Positions 1 to 12,704 of a stretch of 64,000 nucleotides of DNA are shown here, piece by piece; position 1 is the stretch's first letter, and each line of letters starts with the position of its first letter. The stretch comes from Octopus vulgaris (taxonomy: Eukaryota). Location of the stretch: the NCBI GenBank assembly GCA_951406725.2, contig OX597825.1:62806001-62870000 (forward strand), read 5' to 3'. Under the pieces are notes generated by a model that was not told the DNA's origin, made no database searches, and saw only the letters and a program-made list of their open reading frames with translations. The position numbers and the translations under genes were made by a program.

Positions 1-49
1 TCATAGCCATGTATTGAGAGAGATTCTTTGGAGTTTGAAATAAATATCA

Positions 50-155
50 TAACAAAAGCAAATTTTGAAGGAAATATCAGCCCTTTTTTAATACTTTCTA
101 GGGGTAAGCAAATAGGAAATAACAGCTGCTATCCAAGGACAAAAATCGTGTTACA
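50..155. repeat. Unclassified dispersed repeat, second copy at ~36134-36225
   Basis: taacaaaagcaaattttga..ggaaatat.agcc...ctttctagg...tgcta.ccaaggacaaaaatc.tgtta occurs at both positions. Confidence 0.6.
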
Positions 156-229
156 GTCACTAAATAAACAATAAGAATCCAAATGAATTTGGTTGTGGAT
201 GGCTTCACTAACAGAGACACTTCATACGG

Positions 230-433
230 CTAGTAAGGAGAGACACACAAATAAGAAAGAAGAAAGCAAAGGACCACTGATGCAGTCACAGGAGTGTGAC
301 AAAAGAACTCTGGCTGAAATAATATTAAGATTGATGTAAAAAATAAATAATACTGAAGCAAAGTAACACCAAATATATAGTGCGTGTGTTTTTATTGGCT
401 AAACTGGCAAAATGACCATTCCGAAATAAAACA
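230..433 (+). mobile_element. Penelope-like LTR fragment with decayed minimal hammerhead ribozyme (274-313)
   Basis: cca-CTGATGC-a-GTCACA-ggag-TGTGAC-AAAA-gaac-TC-tgg has type I hammerhead topology; 370-433 is similar to the right arm of the 6352-6644 element. Confidence 0.55.
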
Positions 434-559
434 CATTAATATGATAATTAAAAATTATGTTCAATATAGAAGAATACCAAGGTAGTATTCTATTAAATGG
501 CAGCTTTGTGACTGTTATTATAATTTCTTTAAATCATGATACCAGAATAGAACACGAAT

Positions 560-828
560 GTTTACAAATGAACGCCCAGTCGACAAAGAGATAAGAATAA
601 CTAGCATTTTAACTTTTAAACTCTTCATCCAAATTGACCCACGAAGGCAGAAGGGCTTTCTTCAGATCTTACACATTTGAATAGGAGCAAGCGGAAACAT
701 TGCTTTCTAAGATGGATCAGGTAGCAAAGTCCATGGGATTGATGTCTGTAAAATATAGATAAAATTACCTGAACTGATATTCTTTAGGAAGAGTTTTAAA
801 CATGGGTAAATCTTTCTGGGACACCCTG
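560..828 (-). mobile_element. Tc1/mariner (maT/DD37D-like) internally deleted remnant
   Basis: Minus strand reads PDINPMDFAT*SILESNVSACSYSNV*DLKKALL (SPDLNPLDY motif region); TIR-like CAGGGTGTCCCAGAAA ends at 828 next to TA. Confidence 0.65.
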
Positions 829-1036
829 TACATAAACTTAGGCATGAAGGACTGGCACAAGTTTATATGTCTATGAAAGAAACCATTATATCTCATTAGT
901 CACCATAATTATGTAATATTAATATCTTATAAAATTCTATAGTAGTTTATGGTCACAGATGAAATATGAATTAAGGGTTGTAAAGCTGTAATGAAATAGG
1001 ATATAACATGAAAATGTGTAGCCTAGTGTGAAGGTA

Positions 1037-1160
1037 GGTGGCTTAGTGGTTAAGATGTTGGACTATGATCATCAAATCATGGGTTCAATCCTTGGATGAA
1101 GCAACATGTTGTGCTCTTGCGTAAGGTGATTCATTTCATATTGCACCAGTCTACTCAGCA
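1037..1160 (+). mobile_element. Degenerate tRNA-derived SINE head (family C-like)
   Basis: A-box TGGCTTAGTGG and B-box GGTTCAATCC, followed by sequence similar to 24030-24085. Confidence 0.5.
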
Positions 1161-1319
1161 GAAGACAAATAATGACCTAGTCCTGGAGAAAACCTATCTC
1201 CCTCTTCTCCCTGTCTTTTCTCCTCCCTCTTCCTCTCCCCTCTTCCATTCTCTACCTCCTTCCTCCCTCTCTCTCCAGCTGTCACATTCTTGACAGAGCA
1301 AGAAACATGATGAGTGAGA

Positions 1320-2095
1320 ACGGCAGCGAGCTGGCAGAAATGTTAGCACGCCGGGCAAAATGCATAGCCATATTTCGTCTGGCCTTTCATCCTTTCGGGG
1401 TTGATTAAATAAGTACCAGTTATGCACTGGGGTCGATGTAATCGACTTAATCCTTTTTTCTGTCCTTATTTGTCCCCTCTGTGTTTAGCCCCTTGTGGGT
1501 AGTAAGGAAATAGGTATTTCATCTGCCGCTACATTCTGAGTTCAAATTCCATCTAGGTCGACTTTACCTTTCATCCTTTTGGGGTCGATTAAATAAGTAC
1601 CAGTCCGCACTGGGGTCGATGTAATCGACTTAATCCCTTTTTCTGTCCTTATTTGTCCCCTCTGTGTTTAGCCCCTTGTGGGTAGTAAAGAAATAGGTAT
1701 TTCGTCTGCCTCTACATTCTGAGTTCAAATTCTGCTGAGGTCAACTTTGCCTTTCATCCTTTCGGCGTCAATAAATTAAGTACCAGTTATGCACTTGGGT
1801 CGATGTAATCGACTTAATCCCTTTGTCTGCCCTTGTTTGTCCCCTCTGTGTGTAGCCCCTTGTGGGCAGTAAAGAAATAAGAAACATTAGCATGTTGGAC
1901 AAAATGCTTCGCGGTATTTCTTCTGCCGCTACGTTCTGAGTTTAAATTCTGTCAAGGTCGTCTTTGCCTTTCATCCTTTCGGAGTCGATAAATTAAGTAC
2001 CAGTTATGCACTGGGGTCGATGTAATCGGCTTAATCCCTTTGTCTGTCCTTGTTTGTCCCCTCTGTGTGTAGCCCCTAGTGAGTAGTAAAGAAAT
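1320..2095 (+). mobile_element. SINE family A, head-to-tail tetramer
   Basis: Four ~185-215 bp units (..gagttcaaattc..gcctttcatcctttcggggtcgat..tagccccttgtggg..aaagaaata); 20-bp TSD aagaaacatgatgagtgaga at 1300-1319 and 2096-2115. Confidence 0.9.
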
Positions 2096-3169
2096 AAGAA
2101 ACATGATGAGTGAGATAGAGTCTATCTCTGCTAGTCACTTCATTAACACCGAAAATAGTTTATAAAAGCATGGCATTATAAGAAAGAAGACTGAACTAGT
2201 CTGGATATATGTTACACATAGAAAATGACAGATGGCTAAAGAAGTGCCAAGCAGTAAAATTAGGAAAAAAAATCTATGGATTCTTACTCGTCATACTCAT
2301 TTGTGAATGATGTAAAAGGCTACGGGTTTTATTTTTAATTTAATTTTTTTTCTTTATAACCTACATTACAGTTCACTTAACTATCACCGTTCCAGAAAAT
2401 ATTCTATGTAACCTTTCACTCAATACAATCATCTAGATTTGTTCAACAACCTATACAATCACTTTTCTTTAGTAACATGCTGACTTAATGTTCATCAGCT
2501 CAGACTAAAGAGCTAATTAATTTTATATCATGTTCAGAAATCTAAAAACACAAGTTTTCCTGATATTATGTACTTTTTGTTTGTTACCTGATTTTAATTT
2601 TGTCCTGTTTTTTAATCAGACTCTATTTTTTTCTTGTTTTGTCTTTTCATTTTTTACCAAACTGCCTTTCAATTCCTGAGTGAGTGCTATCTCAAAATAA
2701 TAGCCACAGTTTCCATTATTTTAACTTCTAATTTAAGTTTTGTATGAATCTGTAATGTTTATAGAGTTAAAGTGATGTAGTTTATGAGACTACATAACTA
2801 CTTCAAAAGGTTATAAGTTCAAAACAAACAAATGCTTCTTCATTTAATCCTTCTGAAAAAAATACATTATTTCCATCATTAGCATTTTATGTCCATTTTT
2901 TAAAATTTTATTTCATAGTTGCATGTGTTGTATGAGTCTTCTGTAGCACAGTCTTACAACATGTGGGAAAACAATATGAATGTGGTGAAGTTCAAACTCT
3001 TACGATTAGCCTTCCCTACTTATTCCTAAAAAACAACAGATACACAGGAAATTGATTTTCTCAAATGCTCCAGAGGCTTTTTAGAGGGAGTGAATAAATT
3101 CTGTTATCTAAGGGACCTAATTAGTTGAGGGGGAGGATGTACAAAAAGTGTAACTGCTAGAATAAGAAT

Positions 3170-3600
3170 AGGATAGAGAAAATTCATACGTCTCTCTCTA
3201 TCTCTCTGAGAGAAAGGAAGATCATATAATACATGTATATGAACAGTAATGCTACATGATAGTGAGACCTGAGACTTGAACGCAGAGTATGCTCCAATGG
3301 TTGTGCAAAATCAATGTACATGTGTGACCAGAGTGCTAGTGTATTGAAAGAAAAGTTATGCATTAGAGGAATTAAATGCAGAATGCAAGAAAGAAGATTG
3401 CAATGGTTTGGTCATGTGATTTGTATGGATGTAGGCAGTTGCATACAGAAGTGCTGAGCAATTAAAGTGGATGGAACTCACAGAAGAGGGAGACCCAGGA
3501 AGACACGGGACGAATTATTGAAGGTTGATCTCAAGACACAGAACCTTACAAATGAGAAGACAAAAGATTGAGACACCTGACACCTTACTTTAGTCAAGGA
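3170..3600 (+). mobile_element. RTE-clade LINE, decayed ORF C-terminus
   Basis: Motifs MLHDSET*, RRLQWFGHV and RRGRPRKT, interrupted by stops. Confidence 0.8.
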
Positions 3601-3629
3601 GATATGCCCACCACAGCAGAATTGATACC

Positions 3630-4140
3630 AGTGCTGGTGCAAATTAAAAAGTACTTTGTGCTAGTGCCATGTAAAACACACTGGTGTTGGTGTCACTTAA
3701 GAAACACTGGTGATGGTGCCACATAAAAGGCACTGGTGATGGTACCACATAAAAGGCACTGGTAATGATGCCACGTAAAGAAGCACTGGTACTTGTACCA
3801 TGTAAAAAGCACCCATTATACTGTAAAGTGGCTGGTGTTAGGAAGGGTATCTAACCATAGAAACTATACCAGAGCAGACAATGGAAGAACCTGGTGCAGC
3901 CCCCAACCTTACCAGTTCCTGTCAAATTGTCCAACCCTTCAGTAACAATACTACCTTTCAACATATTCCTTCAGATTCTCAATCCAGCTACTATGTTTTT
4001 GCAACAATCTTCTCCACATCTAATTAGGTCATCTAGATAACAAAAGCCTTTTACTCATTTGTAAACAATTGAGAGAACATCATTATGATCATTATCATCA
4101 TCAAAATGGATGTTAAATGATGATGATGAGGATGATGATG
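3630..4140 (+). repeat. Family D repeat: probable RTE 3' UTR with (ggtgccacrtaaaagcact)n subrepeats and (GAT)n tail
   Basis: Directly follows the RTE ORF remnant; ~22-bp subrepeats, then ctgtaaagtgg..ttaggaagggtatc; homologous segments at 38948-39270, 52727-53310 and 59330-59800. Confidence 0.7.
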
Positions 4141-4149
4141 TTCTCACAT

Positions 4150-4750
4150 TCCAACTACTAACTTCTCTTTTGTTTGCATCTACTACTTGCAAAGTCCTTC
4201 TACATTGTTACCCTAACATTTGTGTAGATATAGTCTGCATTAGGTGCACCATACTAAATATTTACTGCCATATTTATGCATAGCAATCATGGCTACTTCC
4301 TAGCAGAGTACCATCTTGTTTTCTGCTAAAACTTTTGTCATTGCTAGGTTTATTTAAAATATCTCAGTTTTAGACTTTGTTTCCACAATTGGAATTACTT
4401 CTCTAATTTGTTGCCTGATTCAGCTACAGGTGCTAACTCATTTGGCATACAGAAGATCCTTCAGATAACCTGTTTTAAACACCTGTTATGGCCTGGAGAA
4501 TTCTAGTAAATAGAAGGAGATTGAGAACTTAGCCCTGAAAGACACCTACCAGCATAATATACTTCATGGTGAACATATTGCTAACTTCCATTGCTTACAA
4601 GGAATCTAATACACCATTCTTCTACTAGTTGTCTTAATGATCAATAGAATACAAATCTTGGTGCTCTGACAAAATCCTTCTCCAGGTCAATGAATACTGA
4701 ATATGATGGATTTCTTTTAACTAAGAACTTCTGTTATTTCACTAGCAAAT
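4150..4750 (-). mobile_element. RTE-like reverse transcriptase remnant
   Basis: Minus strand reads FIDLEKDFVR (DLEKAFDRV), VGVFQG*VLNLLLF (GVHQGSVLSP) and FKTGYLKDLLYAK (YADD region). Confidence 0.8.
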
Positions 4751-6301
4751 AAAATTGAGCATAAGAATTCTATAAATAAAATTAAATATTGAAGTCTATA
4801 CATCTTTGTCCTTATATTTCCTTAATATCTATTTCAGATTTCTAATATTGCCATGCAAACTGCTGAAATAATTATCTCCCTTGTGATAGCTATAACTAAT
4901 AACAGGGCCACAGGTGTCTGAACTATACATTTCATGCATAATTGGCAATGATTTATTTTGTATTTCATATTCTGTTTAGATTTCTACCCATCGTTGATAT
5001 TCAAATAATCTTCATTAAAGTAGCATCTTTGAATACACAACCTTCTTTTATATTCTGTATTGTACCCCCATCACCTTAATTATTTTCGTTAATTATTTTC
5101 ATAAAAATCTCATCAACATCTGAATGTTTTCTAAAATAAGTTAACATTTCTTATGTTGAATATTAATGCTGAAATATAAAAAAGCTTTGGTTTAAACTTT
5201 TAGTTAGAGTTGAAATAATATTCCTCACAATGTACAAATATTATAAAAGTTTGAAGATAAAGGAAAACCTCATCATGAATAGCAAAAATATGAAAATTTT
5301 TATTTAGAAAGACACTTTAAGTGACAACGTATCTCAACTTAAGTTAACATTTCTAAAAGGTCCTTTGAAAACTCATATCAGGTTTGCTTCTTTTTTTTTT
5401 TTTTGCTTTTTTGTTCTTTTAGTATTCCTTTCCATTAAAATTTGCATTTACATTACAAAATGTATGCCAGAATATTTCTTTAGGATCTTTTTCTTTCAAT
5501 TTTTAATGTATTTCCTTGAAAATTAATTAGCAATAAAGGAAACAGAATTCTAAAAAAAGTACATACAAGCACATGCTTATGTACACATACAAATATATAC
5601 ATATATAGACAAATATATGTACACATATACATATTCATATACATACATACATGTATATATCATTTATATACATAAATAAACACACATGCGCACACACACA
5701 TATATATATATATATATGAGAAATGAAATGTTCTTTCAATTAAAATTTAAAATTATAAAATATACGAAATATATAAATGTATCAGTATCATAGTGGCCTA
5801 CTTTGTAGCCCTTCAGAGATATTCATAGTTAAAAGAAAAATAGAAAATTGGAAATACAACAATGTCATCTGGAAAATAATAAAGAAAAAAAAAATTGCAA
5901 AGATATTTGGATAAAAGATAAGTGGAACTCCTATTAGTTGTAACAGGCATATTTAGCATCTCCATTTGCAGGTATTTCTGAAATACTGTGACTACTCAAC
6001 AGTATATATTCATAGCATTCACATTATACACCTTCACATATAAATAGTTGAAGTCAAGAGCTGGCAGAAACGTTAGCAAGCTAGGTGAAATGCTTAGCAG
6101 TATTTCGTCTGTTGTTACGTTCTGAGTTCAAACACCTTTTATCAATTCAAAATGAACAATTAAATTACACCATATAGAAAATTACATATAATAGAAGTAT
6201 TTAAATTAAAATAACAATAAAATGTCAATGATTAAGTAAATTGCAAAAAAAACTAAGAACGTATATAATTGGTTTTATATTACCTCAAATAATTATTTTA
6301 T

Positions 6302-6335
<34 letters not shown>

Positions 6336-6351
6336 GCACATATATATATAT

Positions 6352-6644
6352 ATTGTTATATTTCAGGATGGCCAGTTTTTTGGTCCTTTTTGCCAAATGA
6401 ATGCACACACTATATATTCATCCTTCACTTTCAGGTTTACTATTGTTCTTATTTCATTGTCCTTTGTCTGAAAAGACACATGAGATGGAGAGTTGCTGAA
6501 GAGGTCATAGGATGTGTGACGAAAGATTTTTGAGACAAAAGACAGTAAAATAAGAACAATAATAAATCTGAAATGAAGAAGAAATATACAGTGTGTGTTT
6601 ATTTGGCAAAAAGTAAAGAAATGACCATCCCAAGATATAACAAT
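6352..6644 (+). mobile_element. Penelope-like inverted-repeat element with hammerhead core in the loop
   Basis: Imperfect ~115-bp inverted arms at 6352-6469 and 6533-6644; loop contains CTGAAGA-g-GTCATA-ggatg-TGTGAC-GAAA (6496-6524); abuts a (TA)n tract. Confidence 0.65.
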
Positions 6645-7323
6645 TTCTGGTATAAGCAGCCTATGATGGTGAACCCATTATGGGAAAATTTTGTATATAA
6701 GTGTAATAATGAGAGTAAGGAACCAGGTGGTGACTGAAGTGCGGTGTTAGTGTTCGTTATTTTTTGCTGATCAACCAGTCTCTATTCCTATGTGTAGTGC
6801 GGTGGGGGTCATGGTCAGTCCTACAACCTAATTGGTTAGCTATTTTTTTTATGGTTAACAGATAAGACAAAAACAAATCAAATAAACATATAAACCATGG
6901 CCAGTATGGGCCAGTAAAAGAGCAAAATAGAATTAAAATTAAAAACAAATAAATGAGTAAATGCGATAACTAAAACAATAGGACTAAGGGAAAATGATTC
7001 TAAAGGACAGCATAAGAAAATTAAAAGAGTATAAACGTATAAAAATATAAAAATATAAAACATATATCTATCTATTGGGAGGAATCTACTGTATATGGTT
7101 AAACATAATATAGGAGCTGGATAGGGAATTCGTTGTTGTCGGAAGGGACAAAAGTGGACCGGAAAGGGTAGTGTAACTTATAGTTATTCAGTGCCAAAAC
7201 TTATACTAGTAAAATATAGAATATTAGATATAAAGTATTAAAGGAATGGCCCTGTGTTATAGTGTTAAATTATTAAGTTAAGTGTTTTATTTACATGGGG
7301 TAGTTTGAAGAAAATGTTTACAT

Positions 7324-7371
<48 letters not shown>

Positions 7372-7732
7372 CTATCTGTAATTCTGTGTATAGCTAAAGC
7401 AGGGTAACCTGAGTATTTAATTAATTAATTAATTAATTAATTAATTCCATATTGGAATAGTACCCAATTTAGGTCTAAGGGAAGAGGCAATATCAGTTGC
7501 AGATGCAAAGTGGAGGTATTTGTGTTCAGGTAAGGGTGTCAACTATGGGGTGCAGGAACTGATCTTTTGCTCTTTTCTGTAATATTAACACATGTGTATG
7601 TGTAACACGGTTACTACATGTGTATGTATTCTTCTAATACTTTCTAATGCTTTGGAATAAATAGACACACTAGAAAATCTACCAACTGATGTATGTCATT
7701 TTGTACACTCTCCGTTTTCTTATTTGTTATAT

Positions 7733-7784
<52 letters not shown>

Positions 7785-8172
7785 TAAGGAATTAAAAGTA
7801 ATGGCATGCTACTTTTTTATAATCCTTATTATTATTATCATTATTATTATTATTATTTATATATACATATATATACATGCACACACACTCACATATTTGT
7901 TCTCTTACTTTATTATCATCTTATAATCATCTCATAATAATGAATTTTATGACTCTTATTACTACCTCAGTCCATCTAAATGTATATATTTGTCGTTACC
8001 TGTCATAAAAAGCCTTTTTTTCTATTTGCAATATGCATTTTCGTTGATTTTTCATATTTTACCCTTACATTTCCACGTGTATTTTATATTTTCTTTTTGT
8101 AACATATTTCTACTACATATATATATATATGGCAAATGAAAGACTGAAGATAGAATATACGAGAACTTATTA

Positions 8173-8261
8173 TTAATCACAACATTTGTTTTGACACATC
8201 GATTCCTCATGCATGGGACACTCAACAACTGGTTCAGGAGCATCCAGTGGTGCAGAGGTAT
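8173..8261 (-). CDS. Candidate terminal coding exon of an unidentified host gene: (D)TSAPLDAPEPVVECPMHEESMCQNKCCD*
   Basis: GC-richer non-repeat island; acceptor tttatttatcacctgacaAG; phase-1 frame open to TAA; no homology recognised. Confidence 0.3.
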
Positions 8262-9028
8262 CTTGTCAGGTGATAAATAAATACAACTCGTTAAAATAAC
8301 TTTTCCAAAATGTAACTTCCCATTTTGTAGAAAGAAAAGCAACCAGATGGAGGAAATATCTACATTTATATAGAAGATCAAAAATAAAATCACAAATGGC
8401 AAAAAGAGAAATGAACACACAATCCAGTGAGAAAATTATTAAAAATAATCATTAACAAATATGGATGTTTAAACACCCTTGGGCAAGCTGTATATGCATG
8501 TAGATATGCATATACATATATACATACAATAATCAAATATATATAGCTTACCTCTACCATTCTCTAAGATCTTTCAGGCATCATCAACGGCTCAATTATT
8601 CTATGCCCTGTTTTAACACCATCAATTTCCCTTCATTCCTCATTGCTCCCAGAGATTTTAATGCACACAGCTGTTCTTAGCACTTGCAATTCTACATTAT
8701 GATTGTTTCTGGCACAGAATGCAAGGTAATTCACCAATTTCAACTGGTTTACCTATTGGTATCTTCACCTATACATCTGAACTATACACCTACTCTCCAA
8801 GCATTTCAAGTCTTCCTCTCTTTCAAACCCAGTATTTTCCAAGGCATCAATACCACTTTCTTCATTAGTTTATCTGATAAATGCATAATAAATGCATACT
8901 AACTTGCATTTATTCTTGTTAAGACATTACATCTGACCCTCAAACCATCTTGCAAACCAAGTTAAATAACTTAGGTGCAATGTCCACTCTTTGCAGAATA
9001 AGTGTCCCTAACTGTTAACATCTTCCTA

Positions 9029-9262
9029 TTTCTTTACTACCAACAAGGGGCTAAACACAGAGGGGACAAACAAGGACAGACAAACGGATTAAGTCGATTA
9101 TATCGACCCCAGTGCGTAACTGGTACTTAATTTATCGACCCCGAAAGGATGAAAGGCAAAGTCGACCTCAGCAGAATTTGAACTCAGAACGTAACGGCAG
9201 ACGAAATACCGCTAACTATTTCACCCGGTGTGCTAACATTTCTGCCAGCTCGCCGCCTTCTA
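9029..9262 (-). mobile_element. SINE family A, full length
   Basis: Reverse complement of family A; 16-bp TSD tgtta(a/g)catcttccta at 9013-9028 and 9263-9278. Confidence 0.9.
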
Positions 9263-9284
9263 TGTTAGCATCTTCCTAACAACA

Positions 9285-9740
9285 TAAGAATTACTGGGAC
9301 AACTTTGAGTCAAGTCGAAACTTTTAACTATGTAGGAACCATTTTTACATGCTAGTTTATAAAACATCAAAGAAATAAACTCATGTATTGCACACACAAA
9401 GGCTGCTTATGGTGAATCGAAACATTTGTCAAATAACGAACTATCAAAAGTAGTTGAGAAATGAACCTGGGAGACATACAGAGATTTCATTCTTAAATAT
9501 TTTTATGCGATCTGGAACATCAAAAAGCAAGACAAATAGCTTATTGATGCTGTAGAGATGGGGCTCTTTGATAGGAAGCTCTGTCCCCTTAAGATAGAGG
9601 GACAGGCAATGAGATCAGCAATGACCATTGGAAAGCTTTGTAACAGGATAAGGTGGCAACAAACTCAGTTCATTGGACATCATAAGAGAAGAAATAGCCT
9701 TGAGTATTTGGTGACGGCCAGCAAATTGAAACAAAAAGCC
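9285..9740 (+). mobile_element. RTE/BovB-like LINE remnant (post-RT region)
   Basis: LSQVETFNYVG, KEINSCIAHTKAAY and IRWQQTQFIGHHKRRNSLEYLVTASKL resemble LEQV..FKYLG, EI..RI..AK.AF and RQL.F.GH..R. Confidence 0.7.
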
Positions 9741-9837
9741 AACAGCAACAACAACATTTAACGTCCGTTTTCCGAGCTGGAATGGGTTAGGTGGCTTGAC
9801 TGGAGCTAGTAAGTCGAGGGGCCACACCAGATTCTAT

Positions 9838-9975
9838 TACTCTTTTACTCTTTTATTTGTTTCAGTCATTTGACTGTGGCCATGCTGGAGCACCGTCTTT
9901 AGTCGAACAAACTGACCCCGGGACTTATTCTTTGTAAGCCTAGTACTTATTCTATCAATGTCTTTTGCCGAACTG
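9838..9975 (-). mobile_element. SINE family B, 3' fragment
   Basis: tactctttt..gtttcagtcatttgactgtggccatgctggagcacc matches the family B tail. Confidence 0.85.
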
Positions 9976-10148
9976 ATGGTGATGATGATGATGATGATGA
10001 GGCTACATATGCCTTGATAGACATGATACATCACAACATGATTTCAACCAAACACAGAACACTGCTCAATAATTCGTCCCTAGCGTTATCCAGAAGTTTT
10101 AATTGAATACCAACAGCAATAATCATATCAGTCTGGAAACATCATAAG

Positions 10149-10253
<105 letters not shown>

Positions 10254-10924
10254 GTAAAAAGAAATGGAGCAGATTTCTTTATGTTCCTACGTATTATGCT
10301 TGCACGTGATCAACTTCTTTTCAGATAAGTTTCTCACATTTTCAGCTCAAAGACAAAAAAAAAAAACAAAAAAAAAACAAAAACACGAATCTTCATGAAA
10401 CAAAATATTCAACTCCAAATTCAATAGAATATTTTGGTGGGGAAAAATGTGTAACATTAAGAGTTATATAACATTGCAGAGAACTAGCAAGGAAAATGAC
10501 AGAATAATATCACATACTTAGTTATACACAATAGCTGTAACTTCAACTTGTCATTTTATCGAATATTGTAACTCTCAGCATCTCAGAACATACAGTCTTG
10601 TCACCTTTTAATTTGAATACAAAACTTGATATGTTGTAGAATAGTCAACAAGCAAAAAAAAAAAAAAAAAAAAAAAAGTAAAATAAATAAATAAAGTAGT
10701 AAAAAATACATAGACATACAAAAAAAAAATGAAATAATAGATAGTAGTGTTGTCAAACATAAAAACTTCCATAAATATATCTACTTTTCGTAAAAGTTTT
10801 ACACTGTTCGGGAATATTAATAGTATTTTTGACTGTATTATAGAGAAAATTTATATTTATTACTGTGAATTTATATTAAGGGAAAAAAAAAACAGTATCA
10901 TTTTAGTGATTAAGATAAACAGTA

Positions 10925-11088
10925 ACATACATACACACACACAAATGCATATATGTACATAAACATATATATATATATAAATACGTCTTTATATATATAT
11001 CTATATCTATCTATCTATCTACCTATCTATCTATATATATATATATATGTAGGTGTGTATATATATATATATGCACATATATGTGTGT

Positions 11089-11119
<31 letters not shown>

Positions 11120-11214
11120 CATGTATATATATATATGTATGTATGTCAATATATATATGTACATAGACACATATTTATATATGTATATATAGATATACAT
11201 GTATATATATGTGT

Positions 11215-11265
<51 letters not shown>

Positions 11266-11305
11266 TGTATATATCTATGTATAATATGTATACACACACA
11301 TACAT
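10925..11305. repeat. (TA)n/(CA)n compound microsatellite
   Basis: Seen directly. Confidence 0.95.
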
Positions 11306-12295
11306 TTATTGTCCTATTGAAACAAATATTTTCAAAATATAAGAGTATTTATATTTGCATATCTGTTTGCGTATGTATATCTGTGTGTGTATTTTTATGC
11401 AAATGTGTGTGTGCATGCATGTGTGAGTGTGCCTGCAAAAGAGGAGCTGAAGATTGACAAGAATTTGTAGAAAGGAAAAAGGGAAAAAAAAAAAAAAATC
11501 TATGCTTGTGTTGTATTGAATGATTTATTCTGATAGCACAAAACGAAAATAAAAATCTTTAAATATCCTTTATAATAGATTAAAGGATAAGAAATTTCTA
11601 AAATGAATATGTAATTTCTTAACATTGTTGATAGATTCATACAGCTGAGATGACAAATATTGTGACCAGTTTCAATGCAACATAGTGAACTACTTTTGCA
11701 TTAGAATCTGATCATATGATTCTCTTTCATAGAATATTACAAATAAATAAATAAATAGAACCTGATTATATGATGTCCTAATACGTTCTCTGGCATCAAT
11801 AGGCACCTGCTATTTTAAATATTTCCTTAGATTTGTAAAAGTGTATGAGAGCAATCAAATTCGCCAGTGGCCCACAATAATATGTCTTTGATATAAGAAA
11901 TGTAGACAGCTATTATAATTAACTGTCTGCTTTCTAGAATGTATCATTGTTAATCTATAATTTTTCAGGTCATTAACTTCATCTTTAGAAATGGAAACTG
12001 TTTTTGGTATTTAAAAAGGTTTTAATATCTACATCAAACATATGCTTCAATCAGGCATTACTAAAGATGTAGGTATGGTTGCTAGATAGAGAAGTTTGCT
12101 CCAATCACATACTTTTTGGGTTCAGTTCCACTGCACAGTATGTGGGCAAGTTTCTTCTACTACTGCCTCAGGTCAACCACAACTTTTTGACTGAACACAC
12201 ACAGAAATAATGCAATCATTCTCTCCCTCTCACTCTCTCTCTTTCTCTCTCCTTCTCACTCTCTTTCAATATATATACATATATGTATATATTAT

Positions 12296-12336
<41 letters not shown>

Positions 12337-12338
<2 letters not shown>

Positions 12339-12583
12339 AATTAGAGAAGAACCACCATGTAGCAATTCAACAGTGATATACTTAAATCAAACCATATAAG
12401 AAAAAACTCAAGATACGATAAAACATTTACCTAGAACTATATAAAGGACGAAATAATAAATAAATTTATTATTTCGTACTTTATTTAGTTCTAGGTAAAT
12501 ATTTTATCGTATCTTTAATTTTTTCTTATATGGTTTGATTTAAGTATATCATTGTTGAAATGCTACATGGTGGTTTTTCTCTA

Positions 12584-12588
<5 letters not shown>
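12337..12588. repeat. 252-bp near-perfect palindrome between microsatellites
   Basis: 125-bp arms, 2-nt loop at 12462-12463, 8 mismatches counted by eye; terminus taaattagaga.aa.accac recurs at 55587. Confidence 0.9.
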
Positions 12589-12614
<26 letters not shown>

Positions 12615-12641
12615 CACACACACATGCACACACACACACAT

Positions 12642-12679
<38 letters not shown>

Positions 12680-12704
12680 GTATATGTATATATATATATG
12701 TATA

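Noticed and set aside
5934-5977. Further short phase-1 terminal exon candidates (also near 10345, 32705, 41437, 50208, 58947)
   Set aside because: Weak splice context or very short frames, not distinguishable from chance without RNA data
10953-11457. YI/CV/HT-repeat ORFs (also at 37045-37654, 51176-51571, 55449-55962, 61913-62456)
   Set aside because: Dinucleotide repeats that lack stop codons
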